This document shows positions 1-7,928 of a stretch of 35,542 bases of DNA, piece after piece. The notes under the pieces were generated by a model. The model did not search any database and was not told where the DNA came from. It worked only from the letters and a program-made list of their open reading frames with translations. The DNA is taken from positions 1 through 35,542 of the IMG/VR virus record IMGVR_UViG_3300033076_000558; one strand, written 5' to 3'. Within the stretch, counting starts at the first letter, position 1, and every line of letters begins with the position of its first letter. A program made the position numbers and the translations under genes. This stretch comes from a virus (lineage: Duplodnaviria; Caudoviricetes).

Positions 1-2
1 CA

Positions 3-137
3 GGCAAACCAGAAGGCATGGAAGATGCTGAATGGGCTGACTGCTTGGCTCGTAACAAAGAGCACCTGAAGATCATGGTCGCCAAGGACTTCTGGACAAC
101 GCAAGACCTCGGCCCCCTGCGTCAAGCCGCGGCCTGA
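3..137 (+). CDS. 3' end of small phage protein (5'-truncated)
   Basis: Open frame GKPEGMEDAEWADCLARNKEHLKIMVAKDFWTTQDLGPLRQAAA* with phage-like codon usage; TGA at 135-137; not in ORF track. Confidence 0.7.
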   Translation, partial: GKPEGMEDAEWADCLARNKEHLKIMVAKDFWTTQDLGPLRQAAA

Positions 138-200
138 GCGATGCGATAATCGCTGCACAACAATAAACCCTCAACCCACGACAACCCACTGGAGTCACAC

Positions 201-377
201 ATGGAAATCGCAATCAAGCTGCAACTCGACGAAGTCAATGGTCTGCTGAACGTCCTGGGCCAACTGCCCACCAGCACCAACATCTGGCCCCTCGCGGCCA
301 AGATCCGACAGCAGGCCGAGGAGCAGCTTCCTAAGCAGGAGCAGGAAGATGTCGGGCAAGCAGGTGGAACTGACTGA
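201..377 (+). CDS. Small hypothetical protein, 58 aa (MEIAIKLQLDEVNGLLNVLGQLPTS...)
   Basis: GGAG at 191-194, ATG 201, TGA 375-377; below the ORF-track cutoff. Confidence 0.75.
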   Translation: MEIAIKLQLDEVNGLLNVLGQLPTSTNIWPLAAKIRQQAEEQLPKQEQEDVGQAGGTD

Positions 378-540
378 CGAGCAGATAGAGCATATTGCTG
401 AACGCGCGGCCGAGGTCGCGCTCAATAAGGTCTACGCCGAAGTCGGCAAGTCAGTCCTCAAGAAACTCGCGTGGCTCACAGGGGCCGCGGTCATTGGCCT
501 GGCGCTTTGGCTCGCCGGCCACAACTCCCTCCCGAAGTGA
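349..540 (+). CDS. Small membrane protein with C-terminal TM helix (lysis region)
   Basis: AGGA upstream; hydrophobic LAWLTGAAVIGLALWLAG. Confidence 0.75.
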   Translation: MSGKQVELTDEQIEHIAERAAEVALNKVYAEVGKSVLKKLAWLTGAAVIGLALWLAGHNSLPK

Positions 541-641
541 TGAGCATGTTCGACATGCTCATTTCATTTACCGCCGCAGCAGCACTGATCGTGTTCGTGC
601 TGTGGTGCGTGCGCGTCATCCTCCAAACGCTGCTGGGGTAA
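540..641 (+). CDS. 33-aa single-TM peptide
   Basis: TGATG coupling to upstream stop; MSMFDMLISFTAAAALIVFVLWCVRVILQTLLG*. Confidence 0.5.
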   Translation: MSMFDMLISFTAAAALIVFVLWCVRVILQTLLG

Positions 642-644
642 CCC

Positions 645-1088
645 ATGCTGGTCGAGCTTGCGGCGGCCAACGCAGCCTTCGCGGTCATCAAAGAGGCCGT
701 GGCCAATGCTGGCGACTTGATGGCCGCGGGCCAGAAGGTCTTCGAGTATTTCGATGCCAAGGCTGCCATCCAAAAGAAGGCCAACGCCAAAGGCAACAAG
801 AGCGACATGGAAGAGTTCATGGCGCTCGAGCAGCTCAAGAAGCAGGAAGTGCAGCTCAAGGAAATGATGATCTACCAGGGCCGCGCCGGCATGTGGCACG
901 ACTGGCTTGGGTTCCAAGCGCAAGCTGCAAGAAAGCGCGAAGCCGCTAAGAGGGCTGCTGAATTAAAGCGTCTGAAGTTTCGCGAGCGTCTGTCCAACAT
1001 CTTCTGGTGGTCTGTGCTGGCTATTGCACTGACTGGCTGGATTGTTGGCGGCGTCTGGTTTTACTTGTTTGTCAAAGGAAGGGGCTGA
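645..1088 (+). CDS. Coiled-coil protein with C-terminal TM anchor (lysis region)
   Basis: Helical A/E/K-rich body and hydrophobic IFWWSVLAIALTGWIVGGVWFYLF. Confidence 0.8.
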   Translation: MLVELAAANAAFAVIKEAVANAGDLMAAGQKVFEYFDAKAAIQKKANAKGNKSDMEEFMALEQLKKQEVQLKEMMIYQGRAGMWHDWLGFQAQAARKREAAKRAAELKRLKFRERLSNIFWWSVLAIALTGWIVGGVWFYLFVKGRG

Positions 1089-1089
1089 C

Positions 1090-1614
1090 ATGCTTTCACT
1101 TATCTCAACCCTGGGAGGCCTGCTGATCAGCGGCCTGCCAAAGCTGCTGGACTTCTTCCAGAACAAGGCAGATCAGAAACACGAAGCGGAGCTGGCGCGG
1201 TTGCAAAACGAGCGCGACCTGGCTTTGGCCGCGCAGGGCTTTGCGGCCCAGGCGCGCATCGAGGAGATCCGCACCGAGCAGGTGGCCATGCAGACCCAGG
1301 CCCAGATGGCCCAGGCCGAGGCCGAGATGACCAAGGGCGCCCAGGAGCACGACAAGGTGGTGCTCGAGAAGTCCTCGCGCTGGGTGGCCAACTACATCGG
1401 CACGGTGCGCCCGACGGTGACCTACATCTTCATTCTGGAGCTGGTGGCCATCAACGTCTGGATCGCGGCCTATGGCTGGACGCACCCGGAGATCATGTCG
1501 ACCATGGACGAGTTCATCAAGTTCACGGACGTGATCTTCAGCGCCGATGAAATGTCCATGCTGGGCGGGATCATCGGGTTCTGGTTCGGCAGCCGCGGGT
1601 GGCAGAAAAAATGA
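1090..1614 (+). CDS. Holin-like membrane protein (resembles 3TM GTA-holin type)
   Basis: Start moved to ATG 1090 after purine-rich AGGAAGGGG; N-terminal hydrophobic helix, VRPTVTY motif, terminal IIGFWFGSR; ATGA overlap with endolysin. Confidence 0.7.
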   Translation: MLSLISTLGGLLISGLPKLLDFFQNKADQKHEAELARLQNERDLALAAQGFAAQARIEEIRTEQVAMQTQAQMAQAEAEMTKGAQEHDKVVLEKSSRWVANYIGTVRPTVTYIFILELVAINVWIAAYGWTHPEIMSTMDEFIKFTDVIFSADEMSMLGGIIGFWFGSRGWQKK

Positions 1615-2120
1615 AGACGTCAGACAAGGGCATCCACCTGATGCACTTGTTTGAGGGTTTCAGGGACAAGCCCTACCTCTGCAGTGCATCGATGTGGACA
1701 ATCGGCTGGGGCCATGTTCTGTACCAGGATCAGATCAGGCTGCCTATCGTGCGCAAGGAGGGCTACACAGGCCCGCTGCGCGCCGAGTATCAACTCAAGC
1801 AGGAGGACAACCGTGTCTGGTCAAAAGATGAACTGGTCGAGATTTTCAAGAATGACCTCGTCAGCTTTGAACGCGGTGTTTTACGACTTGCTCCCAATCT
1901 CGATCGTCCTGAGCATCAACACAAATTTGATGCGTGCGTGGCCTTCGCTTTCAACGTAGGAACGGGAAACTTCCAGCGCTCGACCATTCGCCAGAAGATC
2001 CTGCGCGAGGACTGGGAGGGGGCTGCCGAGGCGTTCATGCAGTGGACTAAGGCCGGCGGCAAGGTGCTCAAGGGCCTGGTGCGCAGGCGAGACGCCGAGA
2101 GGGCGCTGTTCCTGTCCTGA
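1611..2120 (+). CDS. Endolysin, GH24 lysozyme
   Basis: FEG...YLC...WTIGWGH catalytic region, FDACVAFAFNVG, W.KAGGKVLKGLVRRRDAERALF; start at ATG 1611. Confidence 0.93.
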   Translation: MKTSDKGIHLMHLFEGFRDKPYLCSASMWTIGWGHVLYQDQIRLPIVRKEGYTGPLRAEYQLKQEDNRVWSKDELVEIFKNDLVSFERGVLRLAPNLDRPEHQHKFDACVAFAFNVGTGNFQRSTIRQKILREDWEGAAEAFMQWTKAGGKVLKGLVRRRDAERALFLS

Positions 2121-2175
2121 GACTGTGCCAAAATTGTGCCGCGGACTTGTGCCGCAGCAGATTGCCAAAGAGCTT

Positions 2176-2203
2176 GTGCCCTGAGAAATCAGGGCACTTT
2201 TTT
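2176..2203 (+). terminator. Rho-independent terminator of the lysis/late transcript
   Basis: GTGCCCTGA-GAAA-TCAGGGCAC perfect 9-bp stem followed by TTTTTT. Confidence 0.9.
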
Positions 2204-2213
2204 ATCCGGTCGC

Positions 2214-2258
2214 ACTGCAAATCCGTGTACGCCGGTTCGATTCCGACCCCCGCCTCCA
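2214..2258 (+). other. attP core = 3' half of tRNA-Cys(GCA)
   Basis: Anticodon loop CTGCAAA, T-arm GCCGG-TTCGATT-CCGAC, acceptor 3' strand ending TCCA; no D-arm or 5' acceptor strand; lies downstream of the integrase. Confidence 0.88.
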
Positions 2259-2264
2259 TTGATT

Positions 2265-2597
2265 TCATTCAAGAAACTCACCTGACTGAAGCCTGACAAA
2301 AGCCGCCGTGTGCCAAATTTGTGCCGTGGCGCAGTCAGGAGCCCCTAGACGGCGCGCAAGGGCCTCGATGGGCACAGACATCACCTGGCCGTCGAAATCG
2401 ACTCTGGCGGCCAACCTGGCCCCTTGCGACCACACTCCCAGCACAGTGCCTACCAAGCCCACCGTCCAGGGCTTGCGGATGACCACCACGCGCACGCCGG
2501 GCGCGGCGATCAGTTCCTGAAGTTCCTCCAGGCGTTCGCGCTGGCTGGTGCGCACTGCGTTGGCGTGCGCCTGGATCTGCTTGATCTGCTCGTTCAT
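2265..2597 (-). CDS. Hypothetical protein coupled to integrase, possible SH3/KOW-like beta domain
   Basis: ATGA overlap with int stop; PGVRVVV...GLVGTV...RVDFDG pattern. Confidence 0.55.
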   Translation of the reverse strand: MNEQIKQIQAHANAVRTSQRERLEELQELIAAPGVRVVVIRKPWTVGLVGTVLGVWSQGARLAARVDFDGQVMSVPIEALARRLGAPDCATAQIWHTAAFVRLQSGEFLE

Positions 2598-3550
2598 AGG
2601 GTGACTTTCTCGGCGGCCGCGGCCAGGTGCTCAGGCGACAGGTGAGCATATCGCTGGACCATGGAGGCCGAATGCCAACCGCCCAGCTCCTGCAGCACTG
2701 ACAGAGGCGTGCCGGCCATGGCGTGCCAGCTGGCCCAGGTGTGGCGCAGGTCATGAAAGCGCAGCCAAGGTACGCCAGCGCGCTTGCAGGCGTTCGCCCA
2801 GGTGGTGGGGCTGATGCGCTCGGGCACGTTGAACACCAGGCCCTCGCGCGGCTCAGGCATGGCGGCAAGCATGTCCTTGGCTTGGCTGTTCAGGGGCACC
2901 AGGATGCGCTCGCCGGCCTTGGCCTCGTCGGCGTGCACGATCACCATGCCGCGCTCGAGGTTCACGTTCTCCCAGCGCAGGCCGTGCACGTTCGATCTTC
3001 TCAACCCGGTGAGCAAAGCGAAACGGACGAGACACCGGTACTTTTCCGGGAGCGCGGCGATCAAACCCTCGGCCTGCTCGCGTGTCAAAAACGCGACGCG
3101 CCGGCGTGGCTCCTGCTCAGTGCGCAGCACCGGCGCCTTGTCCAGCCAGTCCCACTCGCGCTCGCAGGCGCGCAGCACGGCCCGGATCAGGGCGCGGTAG
3201 CGGTTGCGGGTGGCCGGCTTGACGTCCTGGGGCAGGGCCTGCTCGAGCATGTCGCGGTCGATGTCCGCGAGCAGCTTGCCGCCCAGCAGGGGCTGCAGGA
3301 AGGTGATCTTGTCCTGGTCGTCTCCGATCGACTTCTTGTGGCCGCGCTCGAGCAGCCAGCGCTTGGTGGCATCGTCCCAGGTCTTCTTGGGGCGCTCCTT
3401 GAGCACGCCAGTGCGCCACAGCTCGGCCCTGCGGATGTCGTGCATCTGCTGGGCCTGCTTCTTGTCGCCGGTCTTGAGGGATTCCCGGATGCGCACGCCA
3501 TTGATCATGACGTCGATCCAGTACGTTTCGCCGCGTAGTTTGATTGCCAT
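2594..3550 (-). CDS. int: Tyrosine integrase
   Basis: TGLRRS, FHDLRHTWASW, LGGW and RYAH catalytic motifs; N-terminal arm-binding-like segment. Confidence 0.96.
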   Translation of the reverse strand: MAIKLRGETYWIDVMINGVRIRESLKTGDKKQAQQMHDIRRAELWRTGVLKERPKKTWDDATKRWLLERGHKKSIGDDQDKITFLQPLLGGKLLADIDRDMLEQALPQDVKPATRNRYRALIRAVLRACEREWDWLDKAPVLRTEQEPRRRVAFLTREQAEGLIAALPEKYRCLVRFALLTGLRRSNVHGLRWENVNLERGMVIVHADEAKAGERILVPLNSQAKDMLAAMPEPREGLVFNVPERISPTTWANACKRAGVPWLRFHDLRHTWASWHAMAGTPLSVLQELGGWHSASMVQRYAHLSPEHLAAAAEKVTL

Positions 3551-3576
3551 CGTTCTGCCTCGTTCGGTTGGTTGTT

Positions 3577-3593
3577 GGTGAGATTATCGCAAC
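3577..3593. promoter_or_regulatory. Operator-like 17-bp site over the int -10 box
   Basis: GGTGAG-ATTAT-CGCAAC matches sites at 7728, 8524, 8566 and 9210. Confidence 0.6.
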
Positions 3594-3611
3594 AGCTACG
3601 GCAAACGTCAA
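3583..3611 (-). promoter_or_regulatory. Sigma70-type promoter for int
   Basis: TTGACG-N17-GATAAT with extended -10 TG, in the intergenic gap upstream of int. Confidence 0.75.
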
Positions 3612-3619
3612 TACCCGGA

Positions 3620-4102
3620 TTATTTGGACACACTGACCCCCCAAAGGCCGATCAGCCCGGCCTCTGCTTTGCCGTCGTCCTTGACGCGCTTGAACTCGCC
3701 GGCATGCGCTGGCCAGACCTGGGCGGCCTTGGCGCGGGCTGCGTCCTTGCCGGTGTTGAGCTTCATGTCCTTTTTCCACTTGGCAGGCGTCACCGTCTGG
3801 CAGGGGATGGCCAAGCCGGCCATGACGCCCAGCACGATGCCGAACGCCTGACCAAACGCAAACATGCTGGAAACCCCTTGGCCTGGCATTGCGCCAACTT
3901 GCTCGACATAGGCCACAGCTCCTTGGTCTGCGTACAGGCGCAGCTCCGCGGCCAGCATCTCGGGGCTGACGCGGCGCTTGGCCTTGCCGCCCACCACGAC
4001 CTCCACGCTGGGCATGTCGAACACGTGCACCAGCTTGCCGGTGCTCTCAATGATGGCGATCGCGCCTGCTGCGCCTGGATCGACGCCGATGATGAAGCTC
4101 AT
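3620..4102 (-). CDS. RuvC-like Holliday junction resolvase
   Basis: IIGVDPG, YVEQV, FAFG, PAKWKK and DDGKAEA motifs of the RNase H-fold RuvC family. Confidence 0.85.
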   Translation of the reverse strand: MSFIIGVDPGAAGAIAIIESTGKLVHVFDMPSVEVVVGGKAKRRVSPEMLAAELRLYADQGAVAYVEQVGAMPGQGVSSMFAFGQAFGIVLGVMAGLAIPCQTVTPAKWKKDMKLNTGKDAARAKAAQVWPAHAGEFKRVKDDGKAEAGLIGLWGVSVSK

Positions 4103-4602
4103 TTCTTGATTCCTAAAAGTTGCACAAAGGGGTTCGTGTAGTCCTGCCAGGTCACGCCCAGCTTGATTTTGCTGACGGTGGCCTGGCTGACTCCGAACAT
4201 GGCCGCGATCGCGCGCTGAGTGCCCTCGGCTTGCCTGATCTGCATGGCTTGCTCGTAAGTGATCTTGGCCAGCTTTTCCCTGGCCATCTGAGAGATGCGC
4301 ATGCGGCGCACGGGGCTGGTGTGATACGTGCGCTCCTTGGCCAGGATGACTTGCAGCTGCTTGCGCGTCACGACCATGATGTGGTCAGGATTGACGCACA
4401 GCTCGTTGCGGCATGAGCAGGTGACCACCTTGCCGGTGACGTTCTTGCCCATTTCGATGGCCACCAGGCGGCGAACAGCGATCACCTTGTTGCCCCAGTG
4501 AATCATTGGAGTGGCGCCGCATGACTGAAAGGCGCCCTTCCATTCCCAGCAGTCGCCGTCCTCTTCGATTCGGCTGTAGATTTTTTCAATCGTTGCGTTC
4601 AT
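4099..4602 (-). CDS. HNH (His-Me) endonuclease-like protein with C-terminal HTH, probably degenerate
   Basis: DCWEWKG and C...CVNPDH; HTH TQRAIAAMFGVSQATVSKIK. Confidence 0.8.
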   Translation of the reverse strand: MNATIEKIYSRIEEDGDCWEWKGAFQSCGATPMIHWGNKVIAVRRLVAIEMGKNVTGKVVTCSCRNELCVNPDHIMVVTRKQLQVILAKERTYHTSPVRRMRISQMAREKLAKITYEQAMQIRQAEGTQRAIAAMFGVSQATVSKIKLGVTWQDYTNPFVQLLGIKK

Positions 4603-4696
4603 GCCTCTCGCCCTTTGAAACTACACAGAGCGAGGTGGTCAGAATGCCAAGCATCGCGCCTACTACCGCGCCAACAACAAACCAGACGAAGTTCAT
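4586..4696 (-). CDS. 36-aa single-TM peptide
   Basis: ATGA overlap with upstream gene; MNFVWFVVGAVVGAMLGILTTSLCVVSKGERHERND*. Confidence 0.6.
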   Translation of the reverse strand: MNFVWFVVGAVVGAMLGILTTSLCVVSKGERHERND

Positions 4697-5046
4697 ACGA
4701 GCCCCCTGCTTGGCAGCGCGAACGCGTCCATGGCGCCAGGCCTGAGTGACATCTGCGACGCTGGAACGTACAAGGGCATCTCGCTGATGGGCCGGTAGCG
4801 CAGGGACTCTTGGCGCTGAATGTGCGCGCCAACAACGCCGGCACCTGCTGTGGTGATCTCGTAGCGCACCAGCTCGCCGCGTTGCTTTGGCAGCGGCTTG
4901 ACGTAGCCGCCGCGCAGGAGCTTGTTGATGTTCATGGCCAGCTGAGCCAGCCCCAGCTCGCGCTCCAGCTCAAAGCGGCTCTTGTGGCCTTTCCTGGCGA
5001 GGTGGTTCAAGACGGCCAATGACTTGGGTCCAAAAGGGTGACTCAT
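4693..5046 (-). CDS. Winged-helix-like DNA-binding protein
   Basis: Start moved to ATG 5046 (ATGA overlap); SRFELERELGL...INKLLRGGYV...YEITTAG wHTH pattern. Confidence 0.6.
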   Translation of the reverse strand: MSHPFGPKSLAVLNHLARKGHKSRFELERELGLAQLAMNINKLLRGGYVKPLPKQRGELVRYEITTAGAGVVGAHIQRQESLRYRPISEMPLYVPASQMSLRPGAMDAFALPSRGLV

Positions 5047-6245
5047 TTTTTGTAGGCCTCCATGGTTTTGACTGCGCTTTTGATCTTCTTGGCTTGCTCG
5101 CGCTTGCCTGGCGCGTCCTTCTTGACGGGCAGGTCGTCTGGGTCTGTTGCAATGTCGTCCCACATGGTCTCGAGGTTCTGGTGCTCGGCTTTGGTTTCGC
5201 CGTTGGCCACCGTGCTCACAGGGAACTCGGCCTTGACCTTGATGACGTCCGCGATCAGCGTGCCGTTGCAGTTGTGCAGCTCCTTGCTGCTGAAGTTCGG
5301 GCCGTATTCTTTGATGCCATCGGGGCCGTTGATGAAATGGTCGCCGGTGGTCTTGTGTTTGTAGGCCACCCAGTTCTCGCCGCCGTCCTGCGGGTCGCCG
5401 TAGGGCACCAGGTCAGGGATCAGCAGGTGCACGTCGCAGCCTTGCGTCTGCGCTTTGTAATCCAGCACCTTGTTGTGCTTCTCACAACGCCAGGCGCCAG
5501 CCTCGACGGCAGACGAGTGTGTGCAAGTGCGGCAGTTCGGCTCCGCGGCCATGCCGCCGTGGCAGTGCTTCCACATCGAGCACCACTTGCACTCGAAGAA
5601 CTCCGCGTCGGTGCTCATGCGGTACGGTGGCACCGGGCTGTCGATCAGTCGCTGGGCACGGTCGATCAGCTGGGCAAAGCGCTGCTCGTCGAAGTGCACC
5701 CACTCGACATAGACGTCGTCGGTGTTCTTGTTGACGGCCATGTAGAGAGCGCGGGGGATCTCCATCAGGCCCATGTAGACGGTCATCTGGTCGTAATGCT
5801 GTGGCTTGGCGCCTTGCACTTTCTTCTTGAGCAGCTCGTTGAAGGACTTCTCGCTGTGTGTTTTGAACTCCAGCACGGCCGGGCTTTTGGGCGCCTCTGG
5901 CAGGCCCTTGGCCACGCCGTCCAGGCTGCCTCCGAAGTGGCCATTGCAGGCGCTCACGCGCCACTGGTCGCCGCTGTCCGGGTCAACGTCCCAGACGGTC
6001 GCGCCGATGCCGCGCAGCTCCTCGATAAAGCGAGACTCTTCGCGCTGGCCAGTGTTGAACAGGCGCAGCATGCGGCCCTTGAACTCGGGCTTGAGCGCCC
6101 AGCGCCAGGTCAGCCAGATGTAGCGGTCGCAGTTGTGGCCAATGAGCGAGGCGCCCATGTGCGGGCGGTGCTCTTGGGGTTTGGATTCGTACCAGCGGAT
6201 GATGGCCGCGCTGGTGGTGTGTGGTGATTCTGGGATAACTGCCAT
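5043..6245 (-). CDS. Cas4-like PD-(D/E)XK exonuclease
   Basis: GASLIG..C.R, GSLDG, LEFKT, HYDQMTVYM, CKWC...HC Fe-S-type Cys set plus a second Cys cluster; start at ATG 6245 (6257 possible). Confidence 0.85.
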   Translation of the reverse strand: MAVIPESPHTTSAAIIRWYESKPQEHRPHMGASLIGHNCDRYIWLTWRWALKPEFKGRMLRLFNTGQREESRFIEELRGIGATVWDVDPDSGDQWRVSACNGHFGGSLDGVAKGLPEAPKSPAVLEFKTHSEKSFNELLKKKVQGAKPQHYDQMTVYMGLMEIPRALYMAVNKNTDDVYVEWVHFDEQRFAQLIDRAQRLIDSPVPPYRMSTDAEFFECKWCSMWKHCHGGMAAEPNCRTCTHSSAVEAGAWRCEKHNKVLDYKAQTQGCDVHLLIPDLVPYGDPQDGGENWVAYKHKTTGDHFINGPDGIKEYGPNFSSKELHNCNGTLIADVIKVKAEFPVSTVANGETKAEHQNLETMWDDIATDPDDLPVKKDAPGKREQAKKIKSAVKTMEAYKK

Positions 6246-6253
6246 CGTTGTTC

Positions 6254-6358
6254 TCACTTTGCTGCTGTGTTTACGACGAACACCAAGAGATCAAAAGACA
6301 GCTTGATTGTTCCGACGACCACAAGGCAGCCGATCAGGTTAATAAATAGTTTTTCCAT
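6254..6358 (-). CDS. 34-aa hydrophobic peptide
   Basis: GAGAG upstream of ATG 6358; MEKLFINLIGCLVVVGTIKLSFDLLVFVVNTAAK*. Confidence 0.5.
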   Translation of the reverse strand: MEKLFINLIGCLVVVGTIKLSFDLLVFVVNTAAK

Positions 6359-6375
6359 CGTTCTCTCGTTCAGGT

Positions 6376-6447
6376 GGGGCCTACTCGCTGCGTCTGTGGT
6401 CCGGTCCACCGGGAGCCCCCAGTGGCACAGCATCCGCTTTCGGCCCC
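6376..6447 (-). ncRNA. Candidate structured RNA with loop-E-like motif
   Basis: Nested helices GGGGCC/GGCCCC, GCG/CGC, CUGUG/CACAG and CCACUGGG/CCCGGUGG; GAA opposite AGUA next to the closing stem; fills the intergenic gap. Confidence 0.6.
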
Positions 6448-6454
6448 GATTCAA

Positions 6455-6925
6455 TTAACCCCAGGGGCGGGCGCTCTTTGCAGGCGCTGCGCTGGGAGCT
6501 GGTTTGGCTGCAGGCTTAACCGCAGGCTCAGAGCCAGCCGGCTTGTAGTTCCAGATCACGTTGCGCGTGTCGTCCTTCTTGTCGATGCCGATCTCAGCGA
6601 TGAACGGCTGGTCGTGCAGCTGCTCGCTGTCGTCCACCTCGTCAACGCCAATGGCCGCGCACAAGCGCGCCAGAGACTCCTGGGCGATCTTCACGGCCTG
6701 GGCGTTGGGGTTGTCCAGGTTGAAGCGCTCCCAGTGACGGCGGCCAGAGTGCTCACCGGACAGGATGTGCATCTCGCACTCCAGGTAGTGACCCGTGCCG
6801 GCCTTGGTGGCCTTTGTGTCCGACTTGACGATCATCATCTCGTAATCGCCGGCGGGCAGTGGGCCGAAGTTGCTGGAGCGTTCCTCGATCTGGACGCTGG
6901 AGGCTTTGAAGTTGATTTGTGCCAT
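6455..6925 (-). CDS. DUF669-like ssDNA-binding protein
   Basis: PLPAGDY, GEHSGRRHWERFNL, A/P-rich tail ending PWG; adjacent to Sak4-like ATPase; start at ATG 6925. Confidence 0.8.
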   Translation of the reverse strand: MAQINFKASSVQIEERSSNFGPLPAGDYEMMIVKSDTKATKAGTGHYLECEMHILSGEHSGRRHWERFNLDNPNAQAVKIAQESLARLCAAIGVDEVDDSEQLHDQPFIAEIGIDKKDDTRNVIWNYKPAGSEPAVKPAAKPAPSAAPAKSARPWG

Positions 6926-6942
6926 GGTTTTGGTTCCTAAGT

Positions 6943-7692
6943 TCAAGAGTTATGGGATGCAGTCAGTGCTGCGGAGAATGCCTCCCAGTCGAGGGGCATG
7001 TTCTTCAAGCCGAAACGGTTGCCACCCATGTGGGCAGGGTGCGGTTCGACGTGGAGAATTCGTTTGCCGGTGGTGCGGGCTTTGGTCTCGGTCTTGCCGT
7101 AGCCGCCATCGGACTCGGTGGTCACCACCTGGTAGTTGGCCCAGCCGATCACGTCGGCCCACTCCTGTACCAGGGCGGCCGCGCGGTCGTGCAGCTTGAG
7201 CACGTACTGGTCATAGCCGTCGTGCAGGGGCGACTCGAAGTGCTTGATTTTGTCGTGCGCGATCAGGATCACGGCCATGTTCTTTTGCTGGCGCAGGGCC
7301 TCGAATCCATTGAGCAGGTTGCGCCACTCTTCAGCCGCGGCCACGTAGCCTTTGCCGTAGCCAGGCTTCTCGATGTTGTCCCACTTGTTGGCGGCGCACA
7401 CGTGCGTGTGCACCAGCGGCTCGAGCCAGTCCAGTGAGTCCAAGAACACGGTCTGAAAGTCGTGCTCCTCAGTGAGCAGCGTCTCGATCGCGCCGTAGAC
7501 GTCGTCGAGCGTCTTGGCCAGCGGGAAGGCGTTCGCGTCGACCGCGTCCGCGCCGTCCTCGGTCAAGATGCCGACCGCGTTGGGCGAGTGAGCTGCGAAG
7601 GTTGTCTTGCCGATCTTGCCTGGGCCGGCAATCACGATCTTGGGGGCGCGCATGCGTTTCGTGCGCTGGATGGATGAGAGATCAAAAGCCAT
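6943..7692 (-). CDS. Sak4-like AAA ATPase (single-strand annealing protein)
   Basis: Walker A GPGKIGKT, Walker B TVFLDSLDWLE, GYGKGY, ILIAH, EWADV; AAGGA RBS before ATG 7692. Confidence 0.87.
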   Translation of the reverse strand: MAFDLSSIQRTKRMRAPKIVIAGPGKIGKTTFAAHSPNAVGILTEDGADAVDANAFPLAKTLDDVYGAIETLLTEEHDFQTVFLDSLDWLEPLVHTHVCAANKWDNIEKPGYGKGYVAAAEEWRNLLNGFEALRQQKNMAVILIAHDKIKHFESPLHDGYDQYVLKLHDRAAALVQEWADVIGWANYQVVTTESDGGYGKTETKARTTGKRILHVEPHPAHMGGNRFGLKNMPLDWEAFSAALTASHNS

Positions 7693-7727
7693 TTTGGTTT
7701 CCTTTGGTTTGGCGGGTCTGTCGTGGG

Positions 7728-7744
7728 ATTGTGAAATTCGCATC
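7728..7744. promoter_or_regulatory. Operator-like 17-bp site upstream of the recombination genes
   Basis: Minus strand GATGCG-AATTT-CACAAT, includes a -10-like CACAAT. Confidence 0.5.
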
Positions 7745-7928
7745 AGTCTTCTTGTGACTTGTTTGCGCGCTCGGGGTTTCTGCGTGTTACGACCGAGTCA
7801 GTGCGAACGCACTCGATCGTGGTGAACCGATGCAGGTTCGCGCACTCGTAGCGGCGGCGCATCGTGTTGTCTTCGCGGGCGCGGGTCTCTTTGACCTCGG
7901 CCCAGGCGTTACAGCGGGGGCACTTCAA
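7743..7928 (-). CDS. Small Zn-ribbon protein (NrdR-N/Ogr-like)
   Basis: TTG start overlapping upstream TGA; KCPRC...VKETR...RRRYEC...HRFTTIE. Confidence 0.7.
   Translation of the reverse strand: MKCPRCNAWAEVKETRAREDNTMRRRYECANLHRFTTIECVRTDSVVTRRNPERANKSQED

Larger units (their letters stand above)
2124..2325. repeat. Integrase arm-type sites: TGTGCC direct repeats flanking the att core
   Basis: TGTGCC at 2124, 2135, 2148, 2175, 2309 and 2320; TGTGCCAAAATTGTGCC (2124-2140) vs TGTGCCAAATTTGTGCC (2309-2325), 11-bp period. Confidence 0.75.

Noticed and set aside
2185-2258. Complete tRNA-Cys gene
   Set aside because: Only the anticodon loop to CCA is present; upstream is a terminator, with no D-arm or 5' acceptor strand, so it is an att core
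5043-6245. CRISPR-Cas system suggested by the Cas4-like gene
   Set aside because: No repeat-spacer array or other cas genes; context is a Sak4-SSB-exonuclease recombination module
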